Assembly (NCBI GenBank): GCA_043728195.1 | Contig: JAYTMU010000004.1 | Span: 1 to 49,412 of the forward strand | DNA: 49,412 nt | Source of the DNA: Bdellovibrionales bacterium | GTDB lineage: Bacteria > Bdellovibrionota > Bdellovibrionia > Bdellovibrionales > Bdellovibrionaceae | Direction: 5' to 3' | Shown: piece by piece, positions 1-10,212 of the stretch | Numbering within the stretch: the first letter of the stretch is position 1 | Layout of the letters: each line of letters starts with the position of its first letter | Notes under the pieces: model-generated | Seen by the model: the letters and a program-made list of their open reading frames with translations, nothing else | Told to the model about the DNA's origin: nothing | Databases searched by the model: none | Translations under genes and position numbers: made by a program

Positions 1-510
1 ATTGATGTTAAAAAATCCCGCCGCGTCGGAATGTTACACGATTTAGGTAAAGCCCTAGATCACGAATTAGACGGTAGCCACGCTGTTATCGGCGCTGATT
101 TTATTGGTGCACGGAACGAGTCCCCTGACGTGATACACGCCGTTCGTGCCCATCACTACGACGTGCAACCCGAAAACGATTACGACTTTTTAGTTATTGC
201 TGCGGACGCTATTTCGGGTGGTAGACCCGGGGCGCGCCGAAGCACGATGGAAACGTACACGCAAAAAGTTTCGGGCCTGCAAGAGATTTCAAAGCGTTAC
301 CAAGGTGTCACTGACGTATTTGTATTAAATGGTGGTCGTGAGTGTAGGGTTTTAGTTAATGCAAAGGTTGTCGATGATCTTACAGCGATGAAACTGTCTG
401 AGCAGATTGCGAAGACGATTGAAGATGAAATGCAATATCCGGGGCAGATTAAAGTTGTTGTTGTTCGGGAATCTATTGTTTCTGAAAGTACTTCTGGGAA
501 GAATCGTTAG
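1..510 (+). CDS. rny: Ribonuclease Y, C-terminal HD domain (5' end outside window)
   Basis: Frame open from base 1; LHDLGKA HD motif, AHH, AADAISGGRPGARR, GRE.RV, YPGQIKV motifs typical of RNase Y. Confidence 0.93.
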   Translation: MDVKKSRRVGMLHDLGKALDHELDGSHAVIGADFIGARNESPDVIHAVRAHHYDVQPENDYDFLVIAADAISGGRPGARRSTMETYTQKVSGLQEISKRYQGVTDVFVLNGGRECRVLVNAKVVDDLTAMKLSEQIAKTIEDEMQYPGQIKVVVVRESIVSESTSGKNR

Positions 511-516
511 GTATTG

Positions 517-710
517 AACGCAGTAAGTGTTTGGGCGTTGTGCGTCCATCCGTGAGAACGCGAACTTATGGCCATCGTGGCCATAAGTTCGGGGGAACGG
601 GGCACCCAAATGCAAAAGTATTTGTCCTAATTTCATCGAACTCATGGCCACGATGGCCATGAGTCAGCGTTCTCAAGGACGGATTAACCTCGCAGACCAC
701 AAACGGCGTT
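517..710. repeat. REP/REPIN-like element 1: two ~75-bp units in inverted orientation (517-591 and 637-710) around a 45-bp spacer
   Basis: Both units read AACGC.GT-N~19-TCC.TCC.TGAGAACGC..-hairpin(ACT.ATGGCC ATCGT GGCCAT.AGT)-TCG; lies between convergent rny and fadE; same unit recurs at 25865-26132. Confidence 0.85.
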
Positions 711-712
711 AA

Positions 713-3211
713 TTACTTCATCTTATCCTGGTAAGCAGCTTCAGTAAAATCATCCACTAAAATTGCATCGTAACGAACTTTATCAGCTTCAGTAACCAAA
801 CGAAATTCTTCGTCCGAAATAACTTTCTTACTTAAAGCTTCATTCCAAGCCTTCGCACCTTTAAGCCGTGGCATAGTCCCCGCCTTGATCGCAGAACGTA
901 TTTTCTTATCAACAACTTCAGCTTTAGTTACCATATTGAACGCATTTTCAAGTCGCGCCGTTTGATCATCAGCAGCTAATCGTGTCTTAACCGCGGCAGC
1001 CCCATGAGACGATTCCATAACCCAATAAATACCATCCGTTAACCGGTCCCGCTGCGGGCATGCTGTTAACATATTTTTTGAAATAATATGTGACCAACCA
1101 TCGGTAGCTTGCGACTCCATTGAATTAATTCGTGACCAAGCGCCTAAGACGCCCTTCATGAACCAACGAAGCCCCGGAATTTTCAAATTATCGAACAAGC
1201 CATCAAAACCCTTTTGAATTTCACACATCGAATTTTTCAAAAAGAATTGTAAGAATGGCAAATCTTCTTCTGGCTGACCGTCTTCTTTAAAGCGGCGTAA
1301 AGCGCAGGTTGCCATGTACATATGCGAAAAAATATCAGCAAAGCGGCCGGTAATTTTTTCTTTTGCTTTTAACTGTCCACCAAGCGTTCCCATTGCAACA
1401 TCAGCTAAAATCGCAAACGTCGCTGATGCCCATTTTAACCGGCGATAGTGAATGCGAATTTTCGGATGCGTTCCTGAAGGTGCACCAGTTAAATACCCGC
1501 GACTTAAGGAAAGTAAAATTGAACGGCATAAATTAGTCACGACGTGACCGATGTGACCCCAAAATGCGCGGTCAAAATTTTTCACGTTGCCCGATTCAAT
1601 TGCTGCCACCTCATCAAACGCAAACGGATGACAACGAAGCGCACCTTGTCCGAAAACAATCAGCGTTCGGGTCATAATGTTTGCGCCTTCAACAGTAATA
1701 CCAATCGGCGTTGCGATGTATCCTTCGGCAATTAAATTGCGATTTCCTAAAGAAATTCCGGCACCACCCATGATATCCATCGCATCGTTAACAACTTGGC
1801 GGCCCATTTCAGTGCATTGATACTTAATCATGGCTGTAACGACAGGTGGTTTTAAACCTTTATCTAAAGCTCCTAATGTGAATCGGCGCACGGCTTCAAT
1901 TCCGTAAGTGGTAGCACCTATGCGCGCTAGCGGCTCTTCAACACCTTCAAATGTTCCAATACTAAATCCGAATTGTTTACGAATCAGAGCGTGCGACGAA
2001 GCTGCACGAAACGCTAATTTAGCACCGCCAGTTGATTGCGCCGGTAAAGAAACTCCGCGCCCGGCAGCAAGACATTCCATAAGCATGGTCCACCCTTGAC
2101 CGACTCCGCCGCGACCACCAACAACAGCATCTTCTAAAATAACTTCAACGTCTTTTCCAGTTGTTGGACAATTGTGAAAAGGAATTGTTAAAGGATCATG
2201 ACGCCGTCCAATTTCAACGCCCGCAGTTTTTGATGGAATCAGTGCACACGTAATTCCTAAATCTTCAACGTCACCTAATAATTTATCTGGATCACGTAAA
2301 CGAAAAGCAAGGCCTATAACAGTAGAAATCGACGCAAGCGTAATCCAACGCTTGTTCCAATTTAGCCGCACAGCTAGTTTTCCCTCAGCATTTTTAAAAA
2401 CTACTCCTGAGGATGTGATAGAGCCTGCATCAGAGCCAGCCGTCGGTTCAGTTAGACCAAAGCACGGAATTTCAGATCCATTAGCTAATCGCGGTAACCA
2501 GTGTTTTTTCTGCGCTTCAGTGCCGTAATGAATTAGTAATTCAGCAGGACCCAGAGAATTAGGTACCATCACGGTAATTGATAAAGGAAGTGAACGTGAT
2601 GCGACCTTCATAACGACTTCCGAATGAGCCATCGCTGTAAAGCCTAAACCGCCATATTCTTTCGGAATAACCATTCCGAAAAAACCATGCTTTCGTAAAA
2701 AATCAATGACGTTGGCAGGAATGTCTCTGTTCTTCCAAATTTTCCAAGGCTCTGCAAGTTGGCAAAGTTGCTCGACAGGCCCCTTCATAAAAAGCGCTTC
2801 TTCGGCTGTCAGTTTTCCGTAAGGCTCTTGCATAATTTTTTCGAAATTTGGATTACCAGAAAACAAATCTTTTTCAATCCACACAACACCAGCCTCAAGT
2901 GCTGTTCGCTCAGTAGCTGAAATCTTTGGAACAACGCCTAATTTTTGCATTACGCTCATAACTAATTTTGAAATAGCAACTGCACGAACTGGCTTAATTA
3001 AAAATACCGCCATAACAACTGCGTAGATTATTAAACCGACCAGGGGTACTTGAAAACCAATAAGCAACACGACGCCCACGATCGCCCAAACTATGAGTGG
3101 CATGCTGAAAAAACCAAGAAAAAGTAGAATAAGAACTGATCCAAGTATGGATTGCCACAAGGGCAGAGAATTTAATAAATAGCCGTAACAGGTGCCGAAA
3201 ATAGATTCCAC
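713..3211 (-). CDS. fadE: Acyl-CoA dehydrogenase, FadE type (N-terminal TM segments, C-terminal DUF1974-like region)
   Basis: ISATERTALEAG, VPNSLGPAELL, CFGLTEPTAGSDA, ITVEGANIMTR motifs; GTG start with AAGGAG RBS. Confidence 0.93.
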   Translation of the reverse strand: MESIFGTCYGYLLNSLPLWQSILGSVLILLFLGFFSMPLIVWAIVGVVLLIGFQVPLVGLIIYAVVMAVFLIKPVRAVAISKLVMSVMQKLGVVPKISATERTALEAGVVWIEKDLFSGNPNFEKIMQEPYGKLTAEEALFMKGPVEQLCQLAEPWKIWKNRDIPANVIDFLRKHGFFGMVIPKEYGGLGFTAMAHSEVVMKVASRSLPLSITVMVPNSLGPAELLIHYGTEAQKKHWLPRLANGSEIPCFGLTEPTAGSDAGSITSSGVVFKNAEGKLAVRLNWNKRWITLASISTVIGLAFRLRDPDKLLGDVEDLGITCALIPSKTAGVEIGRRHDPLTIPFHNCPTTGKDVEVILEDAVVGGRGGVGQGWTMLMECLAAGRGVSLPAQSTGGAKLAFRAASSHALIRKQFGFSIGTFEGVEEPLARIGATTYGIEAVRRFTLGALDKGLKPPVVTAMIKYQCTEMGRQVVNDAMDIMGGAGISLGNRNLIAEGYIATPIGITVEGANIMTRTLIVFGQGALRCHPFAFDEVAAIESGNVKNFDRAFWGHIGHVVTNLCRSILLSLSRGYLTGAPSGTHPKIRIHYRRLKWASATFAILADVAMGTLGGQLKAKEKITGRFADIFSHMYMATCALRRFKEDGQPEEDLPFLQFFLKNSMCEIQKGFDGLFDNLKIPGLRWFMKGVLGAWSRINSMESQATDGWSHIISKNMLTACPQRDRLTDGIYWVMESSHGAAAVKTRLAADDQTARLENAFNMVTKAEVVDKKIRSAIKAGTMPRLKGAKAWNEALSKKVISDEEFRLVTEADKVRYDAILVDDFTEAAYQDKMK

Positions 3212-3343
3212 GGTGGTACTCCTTGTTGAAAAATCACAGGTATGCCTATGTCATCAATTGGAGCACGGTAATTAAATCCATGCAAGTCGAGCGAAAATTC
3301 TAGACGTTGTTTGAAACATCTAGAGTAAATACATTATGAATTA

Positions 3344-3559
3344 CTACTTAGTAACTGTTGCAGGTTGAGCCGGAGTTTCAGTCGGCGCAGGTACGGGTGC
3401 ACTAGCAGTCTCAGGGGGCGCTGCCATTTGATTTTGTGCGTCTGCTGGCGCTGTTGTTTCCGGTGGATTTGCTACCTGTTGAGGTGCATTTTTAGAACAT
3501 GTAAAACCAGTTGCGAAACAAAGTGCTAAAAGAACGGTAGCTAAAGTGATTTTTTTCAT
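3344..3559 (-). CDS. Small exported/lipoprotein-like Pro/Ala/Thr-rich protein
   Basis: MKKITLATVLLALCFATGFTCSK signal-like N-terminus; GAAAGG upstream of ATG 3559; low-complexity tail. Confidence 0.7.
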   Translation of the reverse strand: MKKITLATVLLALCFATGFTCSKNAPQQVANPPETTAPADAQNQMAAPPETASAPVPAPTETPAQPATVTK

Positions 3560-3684
3560 CGTATTGCCTTTCATGATTGGCTAATTATATTTACCTTTGT
3601 CTGGAACGTTACCTAAACCCAAGACCTTTGCCAAATTGTATTTTGCATTTGGCAAATGGTGTGGGATCGCACTACTATACGCAC

Positions 3685-4383
3685 ATGCAAAAAAATGACA
3701 GCTTTAGCAATATTCTTTTTAATATTTTAATTCCAGTTTTAATACTAAACAAAGGCCACAAATTTGGGTTGGAACCAAAATATGCTGTGATATTGGCGCT
3801 CGCGTTCCCCGTTTTTTTCTCGGTAAAATCACTTTGGGATTCAAAAAAAATTAACTACATTGCTATTTTAGGATTGCTCAACGTGTTGGTTTCAGGAACT
3901 TTAACACTACTTGCGCTGGGTGGAATTTGGTTTGCCTTAAAAGAGGCCGCATTTCCGCTTCTAATTGGAATTTTCGTTTTTATTTCAAGTTGGACCGCCA
4001 AGCCCTTCTTCAAAACATTGTTTATGAACCCCGCAACTTTCGATATCCAAAAAATAGAAGCCAGATTAGAAACTGCTGATAAGAAAATTCAGTTTCATAA
4101 CTTAATGAAGCTTACGACCCAGCTGCTTTCAGTCTCTTTTTTAATGAGTTCCATTCTTAATTTTGTTTTATCATTGCGCATTTTCACACCACTTGATGAG
4201 GCGCTAACCAGCACTGAAAAGCAGCAAATTTTGAACGAGCAACTTGGTCAAATGACGTTGTATTCCCTAGGAGTCATCCTGGTCCCATCGGTACTATTTT
4301 TAGGTGGCATTATGTATTTTGCATTTCGGCGCATAAACCAGTTAACTGGTTTAACGACCGAGGAACTTATCTTAAAATCTTAA
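3685..4383 (+). CDS. VC0807-family membrane protein
   Basis: NILFNILIPVLILNK, WFALKEAAFPLLIG, S..LNFVL motifs; multiple TM helices; start moved to ATG 3685. Confidence 0.75.
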   Translation: MQKNDSFSNILFNILIPVLILNKGHKFGLEPKYAVILALAFPVFFSVKSLWDSKKINYIAILGLLNVLVSGTLTLLALGGIWFALKEAAFPLLIGIFVFISSWTAKPFFKTLFMNPATFDIQKIEARLETADKKIQFHNLMKLTTQLLSVSFLMSSILNFVLSLRIFTPLDEALTSTEKQQILNEQLGQMTLYSLGVILVPSVLFLGGIMYFAFRRINQLTGLTTEELILKS

Positions 4384-5135
4384 AAGTCGTCATCTAATAG
4401 TGGCGGCGGCGGCGGTGGTAAATCTCCAAAACCTGAATCAATTCCCGATCCGTAACCTGGTGATCCGTCAAAATTAACCGGCGGCGGTGGTGGTGGCGGA
4501 ATTTCTTCAAAACCATCGACTGCTGGCGGCGGCATAAAATCAGGCTGACTTGGAAAGTCGTCAAATGCCGCTGGCGGCGGAGCAAAACCGCCACCACTTC
4601 CACCAGTCGAATTTCCGGCTGGAGTACCCTTTACCCACTTATTCTTACCACGTTTTCTGCGGTCAAAGCGCGGTCGATTCTGCTCAAGGTTCAATTCTTC
4701 AAGCTCTTGCTGCGAAGATCCTGGCAATGCTTTAGCATTTACACGCTCGCGCGTTTGCACGACGGTAATTCGTGCAGCTTCCCTTTTTTTTTCTTCCGCT
4801 ACCTTTAATTTTAAGTCTTCTTTGTATTCAGGGCCGTCGTCCGACGGTGATTTGTCTTGTTTACGATTCCGATATTCAGTTAAGCCGCGCTCGCGAACCA
4901 ATTCCCATTTTTCCTGTTGCTCTAAAAAAAGTGCGAGTTCTTTTTCACGTTCGTTGTCGTATATTTTTTTAGCATCGCGGTCTTTTTTGAACTGGCTAAT
5001 ACGCGACTGATCATGCCCCGCATCAGAAGTCAGCGACTGCAGTAACTGCTGATCCACACCGGCCGCGTGATTGGCAGTAGAGACTGCCAATAATAACAGG
5101 CAAAATAAGGCGTTTAGCAGTAGCTGAATTTTCAC
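4380..5135 (-). CDS. Secreted hypothetical protein with coiled-coil core and poly-Pro/acidic C-terminus
   Basis: Signal-peptide-like N-terminus, charged helical middle, PPPPPP and DDDF tail. Confidence 0.7.
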   Translation of the reverse strand: MKIQLLLNALFCLLLLAVSTANHAAGVDQQLLQSLTSDAGHDQSRISQFKKDRDAKKIYDNEREKELALFLEQQEKWELVRERGLTEYRNRKQDKSPSDDGPEYKEDLKLKVAEEKKREAARITVVQTRERVNAKALPGSSQQELEELNLEQNRPRFDRRKRGKNKWVKGTPAGNSTGGSGGGFAPPPAAFDDFPSQPDFMPPPAVDGFEEIPPPPPPPVNFDGSPGYGSGIDSGFGDLPPPPPPLLDDDF

Positions 5136-5239
5136 TCTTTTACTTTAATTGGGATTCTATTTTTAAGACATTCGATTCTAACTATTCTCGACCTTTGTCT
5201 TTACCTTCGCCCAGTTATCAGATAACGTCCTGCTCACTT

Positions 5240-6277
5240 ATGGAAATGATTGAAACAATTGGAATATTCTTCGCACAAACTTTTATTATTGTTCTAGCTA
5301 TTATTGCGGTTTTGATTACGATCGCAAGCTTGGCGCTTAAAAGCAAAAATAGAAATCTTTTTGAAATCGAGCTTTTACACGAGCGTTTTGAAGACCAAAC
5401 GCAATCATTAAAAGAAGCCTTTTTAACTAATTCAGAAATAAAAAAAGAACATAAACGCTTAAAAAAAGAATCTAAATCCAAAGACAAATCTTCCGACAAA
5501 AAACCAACTGGACGAATTTTTGTAATCGAATTTCTAAACGGTGATATTAAAGCTTCGGATTCTGAAAATTTAAAAGAAGAAGTAAATACCATCTTGGGCG
5601 TTGCAACTCCGCTCGATGAAGTTGTCGTTAAAGTTGAAAGCCCAGGGGGCTTGGTTCACAGCTACGGCTATGCAGCTGCACAGTTGATTCGCCTTCGTGA
5701 AGCGCAAATTCCGCTGACAATCTGTGTGGACCAAGTTGCCGCCAGCGGTGGCTATCTTATGGCCTGTGTAGGCAGTAAAATATTAGCGGCACCTTTTGCG
5801 CTGATTGGTTCAATTGGCGTCGTCGCACAAGTTCCAAATTTCTACCGCTTGCTTAAAAAGCATGACGTCGATTATAAAGAATACACGGCCGGCGATTACA
5901 AACGAACGGTCAGTTTGTTCGGAGAAATAACTGAAAAAGGCGAAATGAAGTTCAAAGAACAGTTGGAATTAACCCACCAACTTTTCAAATCATTCGTGTC
6001 CCGCTTCAGGCCGCAATTGGATTTAGAAAAAGTAGCCACCGGAGAGTTTTGGTATGGCGAAAACGCTAAAGGCCTAGGACTAATCGACGAAATCAAAACA
6101 AGCGACGAATATTTACTGACACTTTCCCGCGATCATCAGGTCGTAAAAATTTCATTCGAGCAAAAGCCAAGCTTTATGGAAAAGCTGTCAGACAGCTTTT
6201 CGGCCGGCATCAGTAAGGCCTTCACTCTGATTCTTAAAAAATTGGCCGCCGAAAATACCGTAGCTAAAATTCAGTAG
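5240..6277 (+). CDS. sohB: Protease SohB (peptidase S49)
   Basis: ESPGGLVHSYGYAAAQL, VDQVAASGGYLMAC, GSIGVVAQVPNF, TAGDYKRTV; N-terminal TM. Confidence 0.92.
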   Translation: MEMIETIGIFFAQTFIIVLAIIAVLITIASLALKSKNRNLFEIELLHERFEDQTQSLKEAFLTNSEIKKEHKRLKKESKSKDKSSDKKPTGRIFVIEFLNGDIKASDSENLKEEVNTILGVATPLDEVVVKVESPGGLVHSYGYAAAQLIRLREAQIPLTICVDQVAASGGYLMACVGSKILAAPFALIGSIGVVAQVPNFYRLLKKHDVDYKEYTAGDYKRTVSLFGEITEKGEMKFKEQLELTHQLFKSFVSRFRPQLDLEKVATGEFWYGENAKGLGLIDEIKTSDEYLLTLSRDHQVVKISFEQKPSFMEKLSDSFSAGISKAFTLILKKLAAENTVAKIQ

Positions 6278-6431
6278 CTAAATTACCGTGACGCTAATAG
6301 CTAAATTACGGGCTTTGTTTCTTTTTTCCCAGCAGTCTTGTACACATTCTAACCTAGTGTTGTGTTTTAGAAACGGTTAAAAAACTGGGTCTAAGGCAAA
6401 CCAGCAGCAGTTTACTTTTATGAGGTTTTAA

Positions 6432-7394
6432 TTGAATCCAGTAGTTCAAGTTAACGATTTAGAAACCACATTTTTTTTAAAGTCAGGCCCGTTTCGCGCC
6501 GTCAATCGCATTTCGTATTCGATCGACCAAGGCCAAACCTTAGGAATTGTCGGCGAATCAGGTTGCGGCAAATCAGTAACTTCTTTTTCATTAATGCGGC
6601 TGATAGACCGCCCTGGAAAAGTAACTCGTGGCGAAGCCTTACTAAACGGTAAAGATATTTTTAAATTAAGCCAAACCGAAGTTGAAACCGTCCGCGGTGG
6701 TCAAATGGCGATGATCTTTCAAGAACCCATGACAGCATTAAATCCGGTTTTAACAATCGGCTACCAGATGAACGAGCAGATCGAAAAACATCTTAAATAC
6801 TCGAAAAAAGATGCCAAAGACCGCGCGATTGAAATGTTACAATTGGTCGGTATTCCGTCTGCAGCTGAACGCTACGACAATTATTCACACCAACTTTCAG
6901 GCGGCATGCGCCAGCGCGCAATGATTGCAATGGCATTGTCATGCAATCCGCAGTTTTTAATCGCTGACGAGCCCACAACCGCACTTGATGTAACTATCCA
7001 GGCGCAAATTCTTGAGCTATTTCAAAACCTGCAAGAAAAACTGAAAATGACCGTCCAATTTATCACGCATGATTTAGGTGTTATTTCAGAAGTATCTGAC
7101 AAGGTCCTTGTCATGTACGCAGGACAAATGTGCGAAACAGGGCCTACCCAAGACGTATTAACGTCTCCGAAGCATCCCTATACCGCAGCCCTTATTTTAT
7201 CTAGACCGCAAATGGGTCACCGCATGGACCGCCTAAAAACCATCGAAGGGAGTGTTCCAGCGCCGCATGAATTACCTGCAGGCTGCCCGTTTTCAAATCG
7301 CTGCTCGCGAGTTAAATCTGAGTGCTGGACCACTAAGCCACCGTTCGTCAACGTCACACCGTCACGCAAAGTTGCGTGCTTTAATCCACTTTAA
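6432..7394 (+). CDS. oppD: Oligopeptide/dipeptide ABC transporter ATPase
   Basis: [36 protein letters not shown]-terminal Cys-rich HPY domain; TTG start with GAGG RBS. Confidence 0.93.
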   Translation: MNPVVQVNDLETTFFLKSGPFRAVNRISYSIDQGQTLGIVGESGCGKSVTSFSLMRLIDRPGKVTRGEALLNGKDIFKLSQTEVETVRGGQMAMIFQEPMTALNPVLTIGYQMNEQIEKHLKYSKKDAKDRAIEMLQLVGIPSAAERYDNYSHQLSGGMRQRAMIAMALSCNPQFLIADEPTTALDVTIQAQILELFQNLQEKLKMTVQFITHDLGVISEVSDKVLVMYAGQMCETGPTQDVLTSPKHPYTAALILSRPQMGHRMDRLKTIEGSVPAPHELPAGCPFSNRCSRVKSECWTTKPPFVNVTPSRKVACFNPL

Positions 7395-7412
7395 GAAAAG
7401 GCTAAAATAAAG

Positions 7413-8429
7413 ATGAATGATATTATTTTAGAAACTAAAGGGCTTAAAAAACACTTCCCGATTCGCAAAGGATTTTTCCTGCGTGAAGTGGGTTCTGTAA
7501 AAGCTGTTGATGATGTCGATTTAACTGTTTTACGTGGTGAAACGTTAGGTCTTGTCGGCGAGTCTGGCTGCGGAAAATCCACTTTGGGTCGTGCCCTTAT
7601 CCGTTTATATGAACCAACTGCTGGCACCATTCAGTTTGATGGTACTGACTTTTTACACGCAAAAGGTGAAGCCCTTCGCCAAAAACGTAAAGACTTACAA
7701 ATGATATTTCAAGATCCTTACGCGTCACTTGATCCGCGCATGACAGTTGGTCAGATTATTGAGCAACCATTTCACATTCACAACATGCTAAACACCACCG
7801 ACCGCCGTGTGCGCGTGAAACAGCTGTTAGAACTTGTTGGCCTTAAAGCATCACACGTAAACCGCTACCCGCATGAATTTTCGGGCGGTCAGCGCCAACG
7901 TATTTCTATTGCGCGCGCCATAGCTTTAAATCCTAAACTAATTATTTGCGATGAACCCGTCAGCGCGCTTGACGTTTCAATTCAAGCGCAAATCTTAAAT
8001 CTATTAAAAGATTTGCAAACTCGCTTAAAGTTAACTTACGTTTTTATTTCTCATGATCTGTCAGTTATCGAACACGTCTGTGATCGTATAGCTGTTATGT
8101 ACTTAGGTCGCATCGTAGAAATTGCTTCGCGGGACGAGCTGTTTAAAAATCCGCAGCATCCGTACACCCAGGCCTTGATGTTATCTATTCCTACAATTGG
8201 CCAAGGCAAAAAGAAAATGAGTAAAATTTTAACAGGCGAAATTCCGTCTCCGATAAATCCGCCGTCGGGCTGTACATTTCACCCCCGCTGTCCTTACAAA
8301 ATGGATATTTGCGTAACTACGGCGCCGGCACTGCGAGGGACCCCTGGTCACTTGCGCTCGTGCCATTTAGATTTAGATATGAATTCAAAAATGAAAACAA
8401 ATTCAACTACACATAAGGAGTTGTTATGA
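7413..8429 (+). CDS. oppF: Oligopeptide/dipeptide ABC transporter ATPase
   Basis: [56 protein letters not shown]. Confidence 0.93.
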   Translation: MNDIILETKGLKKHFPIRKGFFLREVGSVKAVDDVDLTVLRGETLGLVGESGCGKSTLGRALIRLYEPTAGTIQFDGTDFLHAKGEALRQKRKDLQMIFQDPYASLDPRMTVGQIIEQPFHIHNMLNTTDRRVRVKQLLELVGLKASHVNRYPHEFSGGQRQRISIARAIALNPKLIICDEPVSALDVSIQAQILNLLKDLQTRLKLTYVFISHDLSVIEHVCDRIAVMYLGRIVEIASRDELFKNPQHPYTQALMLSIPTIGQGKKKMSKILTGEIPSPINPPSGCTFHPRCPYKMDICVTTAPALRGTPGHLRSCHLDLDMNSKMKTNSTTHKELL

Positions 8430-10165
8430 AAAATTTAGGTCTTATCGTATTGGCCTTGTCGCTTACTGTGGGATGCACCAAGAAAGATGCATCAACTACA
8501 TCAGCAACAGGCACAACCACAGCAGCACCTACTTCTGGTGCAAAACTAACCAATCAAGAACTTAAAGTCGGAATTTCGCAAGAGTTCGAAAACTTTAATC
8601 CGCTGATTGCCAGCATGATGGCAACTACATACATGCAGCGTATGGTAAATCGCACTTTAGTTGTGATTGATGCTGAAGGTAAATGGATTCCGCAGTTAGC
8701 AAAGTCAATTCCTACGCTGGAAAATGGCGGAGCTAAGATCGCTGATAAGGGTGGTAAAAAAACCTTAACTGCTGTTTGGGAAATTATCGATAATGCAGTT
8801 TGGGGTGACGGAAATCCTGTTATTTGTGACGACTTTGCGTTTGCAATTAAAGTAGCTTCATCTCCTAACGTGGGCGTTGGCGAAAAAGAAGTGTACACGC
8901 AAGTACAAAAAATGGATATCGATCCAAAAAATCCGAAAAAATGTACTTTTACTTACGATAAAGTGAAATGGGATTTCTACCAATTAGGAACGTTTTATCC
9001 CCTACCTAAGCATTTAGAAGAACCCGTATTTAAAAAATTCGGGGCCCAAAAAGAAGGTTACGAAAAAAATTCGATCTATTCTAAAGAACCGACTAACGTG
9101 GGACTTTTCAATGGTCCTTACGTTATTTCTGAAATTCAGTTAGGTGATCACGTTACCTTCACACCAAATCCTAAGTTCTACGGTGAAGCTGCGAAAATTA
9201 AAAAAATCATCGTAAAATTAATTCCAAATACTGGAACTTTAGAAGCCAACTTACGTTCTGGAACTATTGACCTGATTTCTGTTTTGGGTTTGGCTTTAGA
9301 TCAAGCTTTAGCATTTGATAAAAAAGTTAAAGAAGAAAAACTTGGTTACTCGGTATTATTTCAACCAAGTGCGGTTTATGAGCACATTGATTTAAATTTA
9401 GATCATCCAGCTTTAAAAGATGTTCGCGTTCGTAAGGCATTACATTTTTCCATCAATAAAGATGACCTAGTAAATGCACTATTCGAAGGTAAGCAGCAGC
9501 CTGCTGTTCATAACGTAACGCCAAAAGATCCTTGGTTTACAGACGATGCGACCAAAATCGTAGCGTACAAATATTCTAAGCGTGAAGCGGACCGTTTATT
9601 AGACGAAGCCGGCTGGAAAATGGGCGCTGATGGAATTCGTGCTAAAGATGGAAAAAAATTATCTTTCACACTTATGACAACTGCTGGAAACAAAACACGT
9701 GAATTAGTTCAGGTTTATTTACAGAATCAGTGGAAGCAAGTTGGTATTGAAGTGAATTCTAAGAACGAACCTGCTCGTGTGTTTTTCGGTGAAACGACTA
9801 AAAAACGTGGTTTTGATTCCATGGCATTGTTTGCTTGGGTGTCATCTCCGGAAGCATCTCCGAAATCAACTTTTTCTAGCAAAAATATTCCAACTGCAAA
9901 AAATGGTTGGTCAGGTCAGAACTACATGGGCTGGAAGAATACAAAAGTAGATGCTCTTTTAGAATCTTTGGATACAGAATTTAAGCCTGAAAAACGTATC
10001 ACGATTATGCACGAAGTTTTAAAAGCCTACACAGAAGACGTTCCAGTATTACCATTATATTACCGTTCGGATGTTGCTGTGATTCCGTCACAGATGAAGG
10101 GTTACAAATTAACTGGCCATCAATTTCCGGAAACAAATGAAGTTGAGAAATGGACTGTTGAATAG
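8426..10165 (+). CDS. oppA: Peptide ABC transporter substrate-binding lipoprotein (family 5)
   Basis: Lipobox LTVGC; GPY, DVRVRKAL, A..LLDEAGW motifs; AAGGAG RBS; operon context. Confidence 0.9.
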   Translation: MKNLGLIVLALSLTVGCTKKDASTTSATGTTTAAPTSGAKLTNQELKVGISQEFENFNPLIASMMATTYMQRMVNRTLVVIDAEGKWIPQLAKSIPTLENGGAKIADKGGKKTLTAVWEIIDNAVWGDGNPVICDDFAFAIKVASSPNVGVGEKEVYTQVQKMDIDPKNPKKCTFTYDKVKWDFYQLGTFYPLPKHLEEPVFKKFGAQKEGYEKNSIYSKEPTNVGLFNGPYVISEIQLGDHVTFTPNPKFYGEAAKIKKIIVKLIPNTGTLEANLRSGTIDLISVLGLALDQALAFDKKVKEEKLGYSVLFQPSAVYEHIDLNLDHPALKDVRVRKALHFSINKDDLVNALFEGKQQPAVHNVTPKDPWFTDDATKIVAYKYSKREADRLLDEAGWKMGADGIRAKDGKKLSFTLMTTAGNKTRELVQVYLQNQWKQVGIEVNSKNEPARVFFGETTKKRGFDSMALFAWVSSPEASPKSTFSSKNIPTAKNGWSGQNYMGWKNTKVDALLESLDTEFKPEKRITIMHEVLKAYTEDVPVLPLYYRSDVAVIPSQMKGYKLTGHQFPETNEVEKWTVE

Positions 10166-10212
10166 GTTTTTTTATAATTTGCTTTATGTTTTTTTAAGGA
10201 ATTAGGATTTGC

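Noticed and set aside
352-660. 102-aa minus-strand ORF and the similar ORF at 25642-25896
   Set aside because: They overlap real genes in antisense and start inside the palindromic repeats; likely shadow frames
517-710. Repeat-spacer-repeat layout as a mini CRISPR array
   Set aside because: Units are inverted rather than direct, ~75 bp long, only two per locus, and no cas genes are present
4784-4793. T10 homopolymer (and T9 near 40191) as phase-variation tracts
   Set aside because: A/T runs of this length are expected in an AT-rich genome and both genes are in frame
6260-6312. Three TAGCTAAA(A)TT copies at the sohB end / opp promoter
   Set aside because: Short, AT-rich and irregularly spaced; cannot be separated from a local duplication
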